DNA of 64,000 nucleotides. Source: Phoronis australis (Eukaryota; Animalia; Phoronida). The position numbers and the translations under genes were made by a program. Within the stretch, counting starts at the first letter, position 1. The number at the start of each line of letters is the position of its first letter. The notes under the pieces are model-generated. The model searched no databases. It had not been told where the DNA came from and worked only from the letters and a program-made list of their open reading frames with translations. The stretch lies in assembly GCA_002633005.1 (NCBI GenBank), contig NMRA01000009.1, forward strand, positions 791,169-855,168, given 5' to 3'. This document shows, piece after piece, positions 51,717 to 64,000 of this stretch.

Positions 51717-52399
51717 CTAGCGTTGGTATAACTACTTGGAAAACAAAACTATGTTTTCCGAGAAAAAGAGATTTTCAGTATATAAACCACCAACTGAAAA
51801 ATCTCTTTCTCTCAGAAACCATAGTTCTATTTTCCAAGCCTTTGCAATTACTAAAGTTGCAGAAGAGTTGCTAAAAAAGGAATACAAAACAAATCCATAT
51901 TTATCCTGTCAGATAGCCAGGCAGCTATAACCTTGTTTACCAGGATGCACTTATGTGCAAGTATCAAAGTTCTCTTAGCTCTTACCACTGCAAAATATAT
52001 ATTTTCTGAAAGGTGAATAAATTTTCTAACAAAATTTAATATTCAAGATATATACGTTTTTTAGTAAAGAAAATTTGACTTTGAACAGATATTTTAAAAA
52101 TATTATTCCTCCAATCACAATATTGGTCTTTTGTCAACATGTTGTTAACGGAATTTTTGAAGTTTTTCGGAAAGAAGCCTTCAAAATGCTCTAAAAAGTC
52201 GATAATTAAAAAAACTAAGAACTATTTCAAAATCAATCATACGCTTCATCTCAAACGTCCAGGCACTGTTAAAGTAGTATCTGACCTGCCTGGCCAGAGG
52301 AAGCTATGAAAGGAAATCTATGTCAACTACTGCATTGCTGGTATCTGACTTAAACTCTTGACTAGCAGCGTTTTAACGTGCATTCTTAATCTTTGTCAT

Positions 52400-53700
52400 G
52401 GACACAGAAGCTCTTGAATTATATCATTCCTGTGACCCCATGACACTGACTCATCTACTAATATCACTAGTAAACTTGCCACTCGTATTCTTTGGAAGAT
52501 TAGTGAAACATTCGAACGTTATAAATTTAATGCACGCGAACAGACTGGCGAATCGATTGACACCCACCTCCCTGAGACATATAACTTCTGTGGGTGTCTG
52601 AAGGACTCGTTACTGCGTGATCAACTCGCCATAGGCATAAATGATTCTAAAACTCGACAGCGTTTTTTGCAAGAGCCTGCACTGACATTAGACCTATGTC
52701 TAGACATTTGCAAGTCGTATGAATAAACTACATTCAACTACGCCAAATGTCAGGGGCTGCTGAAGTCAAAAAGATAACACGCTCAAACAACAATTAAACG
52801 TCCCCTCGCAGTCAGCTGTTTGAAAGAAAATGCAAGTTCCTACCTATGGTAAATCCTGCAGCGCTTGTAATGGACAAAACCACTTTGAGGGTGCAGAAGT
52901 TTATCCCAAATCCCGCACGGACAACTCCCGAGTCCATGGTGTTAATAACGACATTGACTGCGACAGCTCTGATGGAGAACTAATCGATGCAGTCGATGCT
53001 CTTATTTCGACTGGCAAGCCCCAACACTGCAAAATGCCCGTAGAGGGAAAACCTGTCAGATTCCAATACTACGATGGTGCAACTGTTTGTACTCTACCAC
53101 TATGCCTTGTCCCAGCTAAGTCCAAGATGAGACAGACCTCCACTATACCCTACTCATGGGGAACAAATCGAAACTTCTTTCTGAGGGAGAAGTAACACAT
53201 ACCTTAAAAATCCCCAAAACCTATTCTAAGTACAGAGTTAATTTTGTCATCTGTGACAACAATCTTACACCGTTGCTATGAAGACCCGTATTTGAAAAGA
53301 TGGGCTTCCTCACAGTTCAACTACCAGAACTTCAAGCATATAAACACCGTCGTAAACGAGACACAACCCATGAAACATGCAGCATTCAACAATGAGCTAG
53401 GCAAATCGGTATAGATAGATGTGGCTACGTTTCGGTACTCCTGTCAGTTCTGGGATTTTCCAGAAATTTCTGCCGTTGGCGGTAAGTGGACTAGACGGAA
53501 TTCTCTACGTAGCCGTTGTCACTGTTGTTTACGACAGGCGATGACCCCCAGCAAGCTCGTGCCGATCACGACTCTAAGTTTGAGTCATTTCTTCGCTGTT
53601 GAAATGAGCAAGACATCCGTCTAAGTGTCAGTTCCACGAGTTTACAATCCCCTTCCTGGGACACCTCTGAAGGACTCAGAATAAGCCCAGGCAAGTGCTC
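52400..53700 (+). mobile_element. Ty3/Gypsy LTR retrotransposon relic: gag, zinc knuckle, protease, partial RT
   Basis: ERYKFN, LKDSLLRDQLAIGINDSKTRQRFLQEPALTL, YGKSCSACNGQNHF, VEGKPVRFQYYDGATV (decayed DTGA); frameshifts and stops. Confidence 0.88.
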
Positions 53701-55344
53701 CTCTTTTTGGAACTCAACGCACATTGTAATGCATAAGAAGTGCAGCGACTCAAAAGACATTTCTTAATATTACCTCACGAATATTAAGAGGAAATCCAAA
53801 GCGAGGTTAACACTGTTAATCTACTTCCTGCTTACGGTCATTGCAGCCTCCTCTGTGTGACCCTACACTTGTTCCAAACATAAAATTTCGCTTTCTGGAA
53901 TCTTATTGTAAAAAGTCTTTACAGTCATCAAGCAAGAATCATCTGTCCAAAGGGTACAAGTACTCCAGTGAGAGTTACATAACCTCAATAAGAAGTGAGC
54001 AGTTTTACAGGCTTCATAAACATCTTCAGTTGTTGTTGATCTGCCAGCTGGTCAGGAATAGTAACAGTTTATTTCATTGGATTTTTGTTTAGCAGTTAGA
54101 ATTCAAGGAAACCAATGAGTAGTAAGGGTACTGGCTTAATTATGCTTATAGCATTTAAGCACTTAATGCTGTCCGTTTTATTTGTAAATCCATTAGATTG
54201 TTCCGTCAGTTATTGATTCACTTGTTTGGAACATGGATAATGATGGATTGAAGATGGTTTTGGTTTAATTCATTAAATACATTTTTGGTGTTTCAGCTAT
54301 TTACCCGTGTTTTAAACCAATCTGTAGTTGTCTCGTGTTTTTCTTTATATCTGGACAGTTTAAAAACCCGTGAACTAAGACATTATTATTATTCAACACT
54401 TGAAGGACAAAGTGGATCATTTTCTCAATTTCTATCTCTCACCTGATTACCCTGCATACTAAATTGGACATAGTGATGTTGGAGTTGATGTTGTCGCTGG
54501 CATTGACCAAAGTTATTCCAGTGGAAAACTAGCATGGCCAACAAGAGGTGTAATCATCGTTGTGAGCCAAATGTACATTCCTAATATGCTGATAAAAATA
54601 AATTGACAGAGTTACTAGGATGGATAACTCTTGTCATTTGTTGCACGACTGTCTGTATGGTATCATTCGTTCACTATAGGGCCTCTGGACTATGCTTAAA
54701 ACATGCTGGTGTCGACAATTGTTTTACTGAGCCAGTCATGTTCAAATAAATTGGAATGTGGAAAAAAACAGGTTACACAACGGGAAGCATTGTTTGCATC
54801 ATCGCTTGTTTTTGCTGTGAAATGATTTTTTCATCAACTTGAGAGTGTATGTATGTCACCCTGAAATTTTCTGTGATATAAACAAATGTATACGACTATC
54901 TTCATTCCAGCCTGACAACTCAAGTAGTCTTTGAAGTCGCAGTTTTTGAGAAATTGGTGGAACATTCAAGGTTTGTCATTTTCTTCAAATTCCAGAAAAT
55001 GTGCATTTAAAATTACGATTTGCTACCAGGAAATGATGTGCTTAAAAGTTACTATCTATTCAAGCATCACGGTCACTGGTGACACTAAAGTCGACTAGAG
55101 CTGATATCGAGATTGTGTAATAATTTACTTGGTTGGCTGATTGTAACTGCGAATCTTCACTAACCACTGCCTTTTCAATTGTTTGTCAGTATGAAATTCA
55201 TGAAATGACAATACATTGTTTCTTCTTTGGTTATTTGTGCAGCAGGTGACACAGCAGTGAGCCATTGTTTATGTAGAGGTTCATTGTAAACAGCTTCCTG
55301 TAGACTTAACAGTACTAGCCTCCTTCTGGGATTGGAATGTGAGT

Positions 55345-56125
55345 CATGTATAAATTTTGAGAAAGGCCTTTGGTATGGTCAACTATCTTGCCAAGTTCTT
55401 GCTTTGACTATGGAACCTATTCGACAACTAGCACAGCAAAACATCCCATTGCAGTGGACGTACACTCAAGATGAAGCACTACAGGTAGTGAAACGCCTGA
55501 TCACCTCTGCACCTGTGCTCAGTTACAATGACCCCAAGGACGAACTCGTCACCCAGTGTGATGCGCCAGACATGGAACTCGGAGCAACTCTACTTTAGAA
55601 TGGCAAACTTGTTGCTGACGCTGAAACAAGATACTCCCAAATTGAAACAGAAACTTTAAGTGTTGTGTATGCTCTAAACAAGTTTCGTCACAACACGTTC
55701 GGACCACACACTATCGTGCACTCAGACCCCTCGAGACTATTACAAAGAAATCTCTCCACAAAGGCACCTCGTCGCCTGCAAGGAATGTTGCTAAGCATTC
55801 TCGAGTATGACATAGACTATGTGGAAAGCAGTCAAAGAAATGCTCATTGGTGACATGATATCACGAGCGTAGCTTCCCTATCACACCAATGGTGATACAC
55901 AGTTCTCACACATCAACATGAGTGACTACCATCAAGAAACTATCAAGACGGAGACTGACCTTGACCAAGTACTTCAGAAACTAAAGGAAATGTTTCTCAA
56001 GGGATGTCCTAATGATATGATCAGCCTACCTATCCAACTACTCACGCACTACCATTTGCGAAACGAAGTTAATGTTCAAAATGGCATACACTTTAAAGGG
56101 GAACGTATCGTAATACCAGCTTTGT
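55345..56125 (+). mobile_element. Ty3/Gypsy relic continued: RT connection, RNase H, pre-integrase region
   Basis: WTYTQDEALQVVKRLITSAPVLSYNDP..QCDA, AETRYSQIE, APRRLQGMLL, QNGIHFKGERIVIP. Confidence 0.92.
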
Positions 56126-56339
56126 ATAGCACTACGAACTTGTCACAGGTTCCTCATAATCTCGAATGCAAGCCCATACTATCGCTGAAGGAACTCAATA
56201 AGATGTCTGACCGGCATTGTGGTTGATGGTTTCTGCAGAATAACCATTCCACCTACCACTTACCTTGTGATATGGAGCTTCTGACTTCTGACCTCCCTGT
56301 GGAGTTTCTGCTGCAGCCAAGTTGTTGAGGTAGATCAAC

Positions 56340-57800
56340 GTCAATTTGTACAGGCTTGATGTCTCTACTTAATCTGGCCGGGACCACCAGCCTACCGTAC
56401 AAGTTCTTGAATATTCCTTTACATACACATGCGCACACCCAGGGGGGCTCGAGGGCTCGAAGGAGCCTCCTGTTTGGCGAAGTGGGCAAAAAGGTCCGCT
56501 TCAGAGAAACAAAAAACTCGAGAAAACGAGACAAAAGTCCACTAAAAAGGCAGGAATTCGGCGAATGCACAATTCATAGCTCTGAACGTACCCCGTTTTT
56601 TAATAAAAAGTCCACATTCTAAAAAATTCGAGCCCCCCTATATTTTAGGTTGGTTGCGCGCATGATACAAGTTCTTGTCTCGGCGTTTTACTGGCTCTAG
56701 ACATAACCTCCTTTTTATTCTTCTTTGCAGGTGTCCATAGACTAACATCTCTATTGATTCGCTCTACAACGTATTAGTCTTCAAACAGCTTTCGACTACA
56801 CGCATCTGCATTCAAGATAGTAGATATATATTCGTAAGGGTTGCAATCTTGAGTGATCACATTGTGCACCTGTTCATCTTTAGCAGCATAGCTGCCTTGG
56901 TCATAGTTCTTAATGACGACAAAATAACCAGAATCATTTTTCACAAGATTCTCAAGATACTCGTTCCAATGAATGAAAAAAATGTAATTCGTCGTGACAG
57001 CTATGTTGCCTGCTTGTAGCTCTTTTCAGGTTTCAGGGTGCTTAGATCGTCTCTGTGATGTAACTGAGATAAAATTGCTTGCATTTTAATTCTGTTGAAG
57101 ACGAATAAAAACTTGCTCAGCTTTACTTCGGCTCTAGGGCAGAGTTGCGTGTCGCAGTAACAGGATTGCTTCAATCTGCTGAATATAGGTCATTGCATTG
57201 AAAGTTTTATTCCTGGATAGTTGTTTCTCCTTTCCTTGGAAGTGCAATGACAGGATTTGTCTGCAGTTCAAGTAAAGTTGTAGTTGCTTGTTTCACAGAT
57301 TTAGCTTTTGCGTGCTTGCTCCCCTCGGAACAGGCAGTTTTAATACCCTTTGTTGCTTTCTGACAAATAGCTTTCAGTTTTCCTTGAAGAGCTCATCTAG
57401 TGCTTGTTTATAGAGAGCCCGTCATATGGATACATGTAGATGTGAGCACTACCAGCACGCTTGTGATGGATACATTTCAGGATACGCCCTGTTCTTGCAG
57501 ACCCACCACTTTCAATCTAGGAATCATCCGAATTCTCACATGTAGCTCTCCTAGTCTTGGGACAACTACGCGTTATAGATATAGTTAAATAGCATCTGAC
57601 AGTTGACTTTCTTCTCACAAACCATGTGAAATGAAATGAAAGCGGGTCGATTTACTCCAACAGCCATCTTTCCCAGTTGTTTTGCTCGCATAATGACAAT
57701 TAGCAGGGTTGACCATTCGTGTGCCCATTTTTGAAAACAAAGATCCGAACTCTCAGAGCTGTATCCTACACAGACTCGAATATTGCTCGATAATTCCATT
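56340..57800 (-). mobile_element. Second Academ-like transposase relic, split by a MITE
   Basis: VHNVITQ..ILNAD..KLFED*YVVERINRDVSLWTPAKK (56700-56885), continuing after the MITE as KNLYGRLVVPARLSRDI; upstream limit approximate. Confidence 0.65.
56428..56664. mobile_element. MITE with CATGCGC TIR and 5-bp TSD (ataca)
   Basis: ataca|catgcgcac...ttgcgcgcatg|ataca; same family as 2803-3000. Confidence 0.9.
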
Positions 57801-57832
57801 GTTTCCATTCTGAGGATCCCCAGAGACTTTAA

Positions 57833-58792
57833 AGTGTACACAACATGACTCTAGTACCTCAAAATAAATTTTATTATTATATCTTACTTGATTTCAGTGC
57901 CTTTAGTGCACAGCTCATAAAGAAACACACAAAAATTGAAAAAATAATAATTATGTACAACGTCATAGGTTGAACCCAAGTCGTTCGCCGTACTGTTCGG
58001 ATCAGAGACAAAGTGTATAGAGTGAAGAGAAAGCAAAGTACATTTAGCGTCGAGAAGGTTCGTAGAGGGATCAAAAGATGTGTTTCCGGAGGCTGCAGCA
58101 ACAGCAGCCAAGCGGAGAACGTCTCGGTGTTCCGAAGGACACCAAAGTTGTGCAGAAGTGGCATCGCTTCGTGCGTCGAACGAGAGTGTGGGACGTCATC
58201 AAAGACCAAGCGATTCGGTCCGGGGCCACTCTGTGTTCTGCCCACTTTGAGGACTCGTGTTTCAACTCCAGTCACAGGAGACGTTACGATGAAGGCCTGG
58301 TTCAATAAAGGACATTATTTATCATTCAGAAACATCAGCTCTTAATTCAGGATCGTCTGTGATGAATGGGTTGACTCGCTGAGCCCGAGGCCGCTTCTCT
58401 CGCGGGAGGATCCAGTTCGTAAGGCTCAAAGTAGAAAAGTACGTAGCCGAAAACACATTAAACTTGTTCTCGCTTTCGTGCAACCTCATTTCCTCATCCT
58501 ACACACCATTCCCGTACGTTTCTTCATAGTATTTGTTCAATTCTTGCTCATAATCGTCGTCGCTTTCAAATTCCCTGCTCTCCGCCATTGTTCAATGCTA
58601 GTCACTGATCTCTTGTGTTCAACCCATGACGTCACATGGCGGCAAATGTGACAATTGGCAAAATTGAAAGAGAAATCAAAATTTCGAGCTAATTACACAA
58701 AATAAACATGGGTTTAGCTAAATTTTACGTCATACATTTAGTCTGTGGCCACCGGTAATTCAAAATGTGCAAAAATCCATGGTGTGTACTGT
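57833..58792. mobile_element. Internally deleted Kolobok-type element of a second family: THAP on plus, KolX-like start on minus
   Basis: TTAA at both flanks; imperfect TIR agtgtacacaacatg/catggtgtgtactgt; RCVSGGCSNS..[frameshift]..PKD..QKWHRFVRRTR..LCSAHFEDSCF; minus MAESREFESDDDYEQE..FEPYELDP. Confidence 0.8.
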
Positions 58793-58796
58793 TTAA

Positions 58797-60050
58797 GAGG
58801 CAGTCCATATCAAAACCAATAGATTTTCAAAAATCAGACTATTCGTCAAAATTCAAAACAACTTCCTTTATGTACATGGATAGGTAACCTAACCAAAATC
58901 TAAATGTCACATTTTGTGCACTCAATGACCCCTAATTTGCCGCTGGAGCTCTAGATCGCAATTGGTCATATTAGCCATCTCCAAAATTATATGTTTTCAG
59001 CAACGAAAATAAGTAACTTACAAAATGGATTGAAAGTTATACTTTGGTGGCTGGAATAACCAATGTATACTGTAAATAATTATTTGGCATTTGCTCAAAT
59101 TGGAAGGCTTTATGCTAGATTGGGGAGATAATTCATAGACCACTTTTCCTACCTAATTTCCACATTGCACCTTGTAGCTTTATGTAACTTTTTGAACATA
59201 CAGCTGAGGAGTAACTTCACATTTAGTGAAAATTGTGTTGCACAATTGTCGATTTTGGAAATGATGGGCAGAGTTTACAGATGAATTGAATGAAATTTTG
59301 AACAAGAAATCTACTTTAAATTGTTATAAAAATCAAGTCTTTCAAGACTTAAAAGTCTTTCAAATGTAAACAAGTTGTTTTCTGGATGTATTATGCGATC
59401 AGTGTCAAAACTGAACCCGATGACGTTTGCCCAGTGAGCCAGTTGACATTAGGTTTGAGGATATATAGAAAAATTGTACATGTAACCTTTTGTTTTCTTC
59501 CATTATCATTTATTTGACAATTTCAAGACAACTAAATGGATATAAATCCCCTTAAAGTTTGAATTTGTATGAACTGTTACTTGTAAAAACTGATTTTGAG
59601 GCCATCATGTTCTTAAAGACAAAATAAAGAACGAAGGTCACTTCTGCTCGTTTAGAGAATTTTCATCGAACAAGTGCGATCACAAAAGCTTTATGGCTTT
59701 AGTCAGACATGCTAAAGACAATTCAATACATCTGAGATGCTGGGAAGTACTGCATAAATCAAGGCCAGTGGCAGAATATGGGCTCGTAATAGCCAGGATA
59801 AGTAAATTTGTGACTGAGCAGGACCAGTTGTGGAGTCAAATCATATGTTCACCGAAGAGAATTTGGTCCCGGTTTTCACCCAAACAGAAAGTGTTCGTAC
59901 CCGAAACACACAAAATGTTCCAGAAGAAATTCTGAACGAGGTATTGACTTCACATTTCACAGTGGGTGGATATTGGCTCAGTTTGTACAGGCTCAGAATT
60001 GGCACCACCGTACCTTCGACTTCAAAAGCTACAAAACCAATTGTGTCACA
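58797..60050 (+). mobile_element. Possible Sola3-like element left end with decayed transposase N-terminus
   Basis: TTAA|GAG terminus; HRREFGPGFHPNRKCSYPKH Cys/His segment near 59850-59910; no matching right end found. Confidence 0.3.
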
Positions 60051-60159
60051 GTTGGAGTTAAATGACCCAACTTTGCTTTTCTAGTGCTTGCTATATACAT
60101 GTATTATATATTTTATCGTAGTTAATCGTAGTTTGTAATTGAGGTGAAATGAAAGTAAT

Positions 60160-60340
60160 CAGTGGCGTAGCGTGCACCTCCTTGCCCCCCCGTCCACACC
60201 TCACTAAGTGGCGCCCCCATCCCCGATTGGTAGCTGTGTGATTTGTAACGCCTCAGTTAACAGATGCCTGGTGCTCCCCTTGGACGACACCTGTTTAGCA
60301 CCCCCCNCGGCTGCATCTGACACCCCTTGGTACGGCACAG
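60160..60340. mobile_element. GC-rich MITE of the cagtggcgtag type, degenerate
   Basis: cagtggcgta...tacggcacag imperfect TIR with C-tracts. Confidence 0.55.
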
Positions 60341-61637
60341 AATCAGTCACTCGGTATATGTTTGCTACGAAGTCCAGACCGTTGTGTTGAACTGTGTTTA
60401 CCTAATGTCTGTCATGAACTGAGTCATTATAAAATTGTCTTTCATGAATTGTTTTCTCTTGGCCTTGAATGTGTGGCTTTTCATACCGTTAATTATGGTG
60501 CTTTCAGAAATATTCAACGTTGGGGTGCCCGGCGACCGGTCTGGAGACTAGTAGCAGCCTGCGGGGACATTACAGAAAGAATGCAAAATTACAATGAATT
60601 TTGACCGAGTTGAAGATTTTTTGCACTGAACAGAGGGCCATAACACCTTAGGTGCCTCCCTTCCTGTGCCAGTGGCTCTTACAACGAAGACAGAAAACAC
60701 GAGTAAGGCAGATTCGGCTGGTAGTCCCGTCTAGAGTCTTCATGAGAACAAAAAGCGACGCCACCTATCATTTAGACGAATGCACAATTTATGTACATAA
60801 TTTTTGTAATAAGCAACAATCAGAGAGAATGGTAATTAGTAGTGCTGTATTCTTTTTCTCTAACATACAAGCTTTTTACGTCGTTTTTGCAAGCTAATTA
60901 CATGTTCCAAGAGCCCCCCTATTGGTGGTTGTGCAACTGGGAACTGGCAAATAGGACCAAGTGCAGTTGGTGTAATGCTTCGTAAGCAAAAACTACAGGA
61001 GAGGCAACATTTTTATGTTAGATTATGAAGAGTTTAGGAATCACTAAACAAATTATTATAAGGTCAGTTTCTAAAAAGGTGCAATATGGCTGCTACAGGG
61101 TGCCAAATTTGGCCGAAAATGGCTTCAATGAAAACCTGCAAAATAGCCGTTTTGCCACATAAAAGCAAAACACACCAATTTGAAAATGAATTTTAAAAGT
61201 TATTCCATTAAGTTATTCAATCATAGTCCTTTAAACTGTATCACTCATTTGTTATCACTATACATGCTAGTAAAATGCATTCAAACATATTTACTTCGGC
61301 GTCCAATTTTGTTGTAAAATGGATGTACGTGTCATAAAAACAGAAATAATGGACGAAAATTCTTAAAAATCGAAAATTTTCTACATATCACCAAACCAAA
61401 CTCATGTGCTAAGTCTGTGATTTTGGGTATAGATTCTACCTGTTGGTTTTTATATGCAGTCATTCTTAAATCGTTGCTGGTGACAAAATGGTTTGGCAAG
61501 CTGTGATTTTGGCTTGTCACAGTGCAACTTTTCTACATATCTACATATGGAACGGTCTTAGTTACAATGGAACAAGGACCTTATCGTGCAGAGATATTTC
61601 TAGTGCGGCAGTGCGTATCAGAATGATGAGAGCACAC

Positions 61638-61911
61638 AGAGTAAGTATAACAGTGGCGGTGACGATGATGGTGGTGATATGTCAAGAGTAAGTATAACGG
61701 TGACCGTGACGATGATGGTGGTGATATATGTCAAGAGTAAGTATAACGGTGACTGTGACGATGATGGTGGTGATATGTCAAGAGTAAGTATAACGGTGAC
61801 CGTGACGATGATGGTGGTGATATGTAAAGAGCAAGTATAACAGTGACGGTGACGAGGATGATGGTGATATTTAAAGAGCAAGTATAATGGTGACGGTGAC
61901 GGTGGTGATAT
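61638..61911. repeat. ~47-bp minisatellite, ~6 copies
   Basis: Unit agagtaagtataacggtgaccgtgacgatgatggtggtgatatgtca. Confidence 0.95.
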
Positions 61912-62677
61912 GTACAGGCTCCTTAAGTTGCTTTCAACATTTAACGCGTTTCTGCCATGAAGAGCATATGTAGTAAAACTTCAATTCATTTCTTCTTATT
62001 TGTAAAACCATCAATAAAACCAAAAAATTCAGTCGATTAAGTTTTTAACTGAGTCTACGATATTCATCTTGATATCACAGGATTCCTTGGGTGTGAAAAT
62101 ATGGACCTGCGAACCTTTGAACTTGTGGACCTTCTGGTTTATTGCGTACAAACGACACCTTACCTTTAGTCAAACTTGTGAAACTTGGGACCTATCGAGC
62201 GGTAACTAATTGACATGGATGAGAGTGCAAGTACTTCTTTAAAAGGGTTTATTAACCATTTCAGTCTTCTTCACCGCTGTTCAATGAACCTGGAAACCAA
62301 CATTTTATGACGTGTGACACCAACCTGTGACATTGCTTCTTACGAAAAGAAGCCTACAACACCCACATTTTCTTAATTAAATTCGTCTTGTGTTATATTG
62401 CAACAAAGTATGCTTCAGTTACCTAATGGATGTGCCCTGCCACTCAGGAGTGCGCTTGTGGTTATGGTGAAAATGCACTCTTTATGGTCCAAAATGTCTG
62501 AAAACACACATTAAGCACGTAATCTGCCGACTTGGTTTACATATTATAGATGGATAAATAAAGCTTCATTTAAAGCTGCCTTTCGCCCTCCTGAACACTG
62601 CAAAATGCAGCTCCAGCTCTGACTAAAGCTCCAAGCTTTGACCAAACCAGCCGTAGTGTAATACATTTGCTACATTA

Positions 62678-63983
62678 AGGCGAAGGCAACCTTTTTTCAT
62701 GCCACTTTTAGCTAAAATAAGGTCTGTTGATTATCCCACACATATTTTCACTTAATTACAGCTTTTCGTAATTTATTTAATTTCTCGTCCTCTACTCCGG
62801 AACTGACGTTTTGGGGGGCAAGAATTCCGCGCCAATTTTTTTTCATACAGTTAGACTGTGAGAGCTGTCAAGTCAGTCATTGTCCTACCTCGGATGTGAT
62901 AAGTTCGGTCGACGTTTGCTTTTGTTTACGAGTCAGTCAACATGTCACGCTGTTGCTGCGTACCAGGATGTACTCATTGTCATCTCACACGCGCTTTGAG
63001 TACCTTGCATCGCTTTCCAAAGGATGACACACTTCGCCGTACTTGGCTAGCTCGTTCGTGTGAAGAACGCAACGCTACCAACTCACGCAACGTACAAAGC
63101 AGTGGCAAGCATTTTCAGCCGTCAGATTGCGACAGAGATATGTACGCTGACATGATGAAGGTCCCTGCGAAACAACGCCTGAAGAAGGGTTCCATACTGT
63201 CGCTGCTGATTCCCGGCAGTGCCCCGTCGCCACCCCCGAGAAGGGCGTTTTTGAAGCGAGAAGCCTCGCGAGCTGTGGCCACTATAAACAGTGACTGGAG
63301 GCACTTCATCTACTGTCACCCATGCCTTCGAACGTACCCCATAGCGTGCAATTCCAGGAACTAGCAGTGATTTCCCGTGTGCTGTTGTCTCTAGCCCAGA
63401 GCCTGTAGGCAGCCCTGCAGCGATGTTGAGTAGAGGGAGTGAATACAGGCCCAGTTTGACACCCAGTGAAAAGTGTAGTTCGTCATCCAATGAACAGATC
63501 GCTCAGCCTAAGTTTATTGTGGACTTGTATTGGAGCTAGTTAGAAGGTGCCACCTGTGTGACGAGGGAGTCGCACGGCGGGACTTTGTAAGCAGTTTGGG
63601 TGCTCAATTCACCATCCACTGGGAGTGTGTCGCGGTACACTCGGGCAAGTGAGACAGTTCTTCCTCTGTACGTGAGACGATAATGAGTACATCTCCGTAG
63701 GCAGCAACAGCGTGGCATGTTGACTGACTCGTAAAGAAAAGCAAACGACGACCGAACTTATCACCACCGAGGTAGAACAATGACGGACTCGCTTGCTCTC
63801 ACAGTCAGACTGTATGAATAGAAATTGGCGCGAAATTCTTGCCTCCCAAAACGTCACTTCCGGAGTAGACGACGAGTAATTAATTAAATTACGAAAAGCT
63901 GTAAATAAGTGAAAAATATGTCTGGGATAATCAACGAATCCTATTTTTGCTAAAAATGACATGAAAAAAGGTTGCCTTCGCCT
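62678..63983. mobile_element. Kolobok-type THAP element with ~310-bp inverted arms and TTAA flanks
   Basis: aggcgaaggcaacctttttt...aaaaaaggttgccttcgcct; THAP MSRCCCVPGC..LHRFPKD..TW..KHF..RLKKG (62942-63364), then KFIVDL..RRCHLC..WECVAVH fragments. Confidence 0.9.
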
Positions 63984-64000
63984 TTAACAGTTGCAACACT

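Noticed and set aside
61080-61091. tgcaatatggc as the far TIR of the Academ end at 47817
   Set aside because: Only 11 bp match, with no extension or TSD

Overview
Eukaryotic (animal, AT-rich, intron-containing) draft-assembly window with no prokaryotic features. Positions ~0.3-22.4 kb carry a minus-strand Pax2/5/8-class transcription factor gene that the ORF track mostly misses. I assembled it by hand from 8 GT-AG exons with consistent phases (1369 coding nt, ~456 codons): paired domain, octapeptide, KRKR NLS-like motif and C-terminal S/P/Y-rich activation region. The last exon lies beyond the window start. The IVRNSAAEKAK tail after the paired domain is protostome-like (inference). From ~29 to 64 kb I find no recognisable host gene, only nested degraded transposons: Kolobok/THAP mini-elements, two Academ-like transposase relics, a Ty3/Gypsy relic, a Penelope GIY-YIG fragment inside a TIR element, MITEs and minisatellites. 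I see no convincing wholly new biological system. The best leads are a divergent linker/RED subdomain in the Pax protein (K66), a two-headed THAP/Kolobok element, a triple-palindrome element with a tRNA-like insert, possible alternative first exons and a repeated CTCF-like motif. All calls come from manual reading; no database searches were run.
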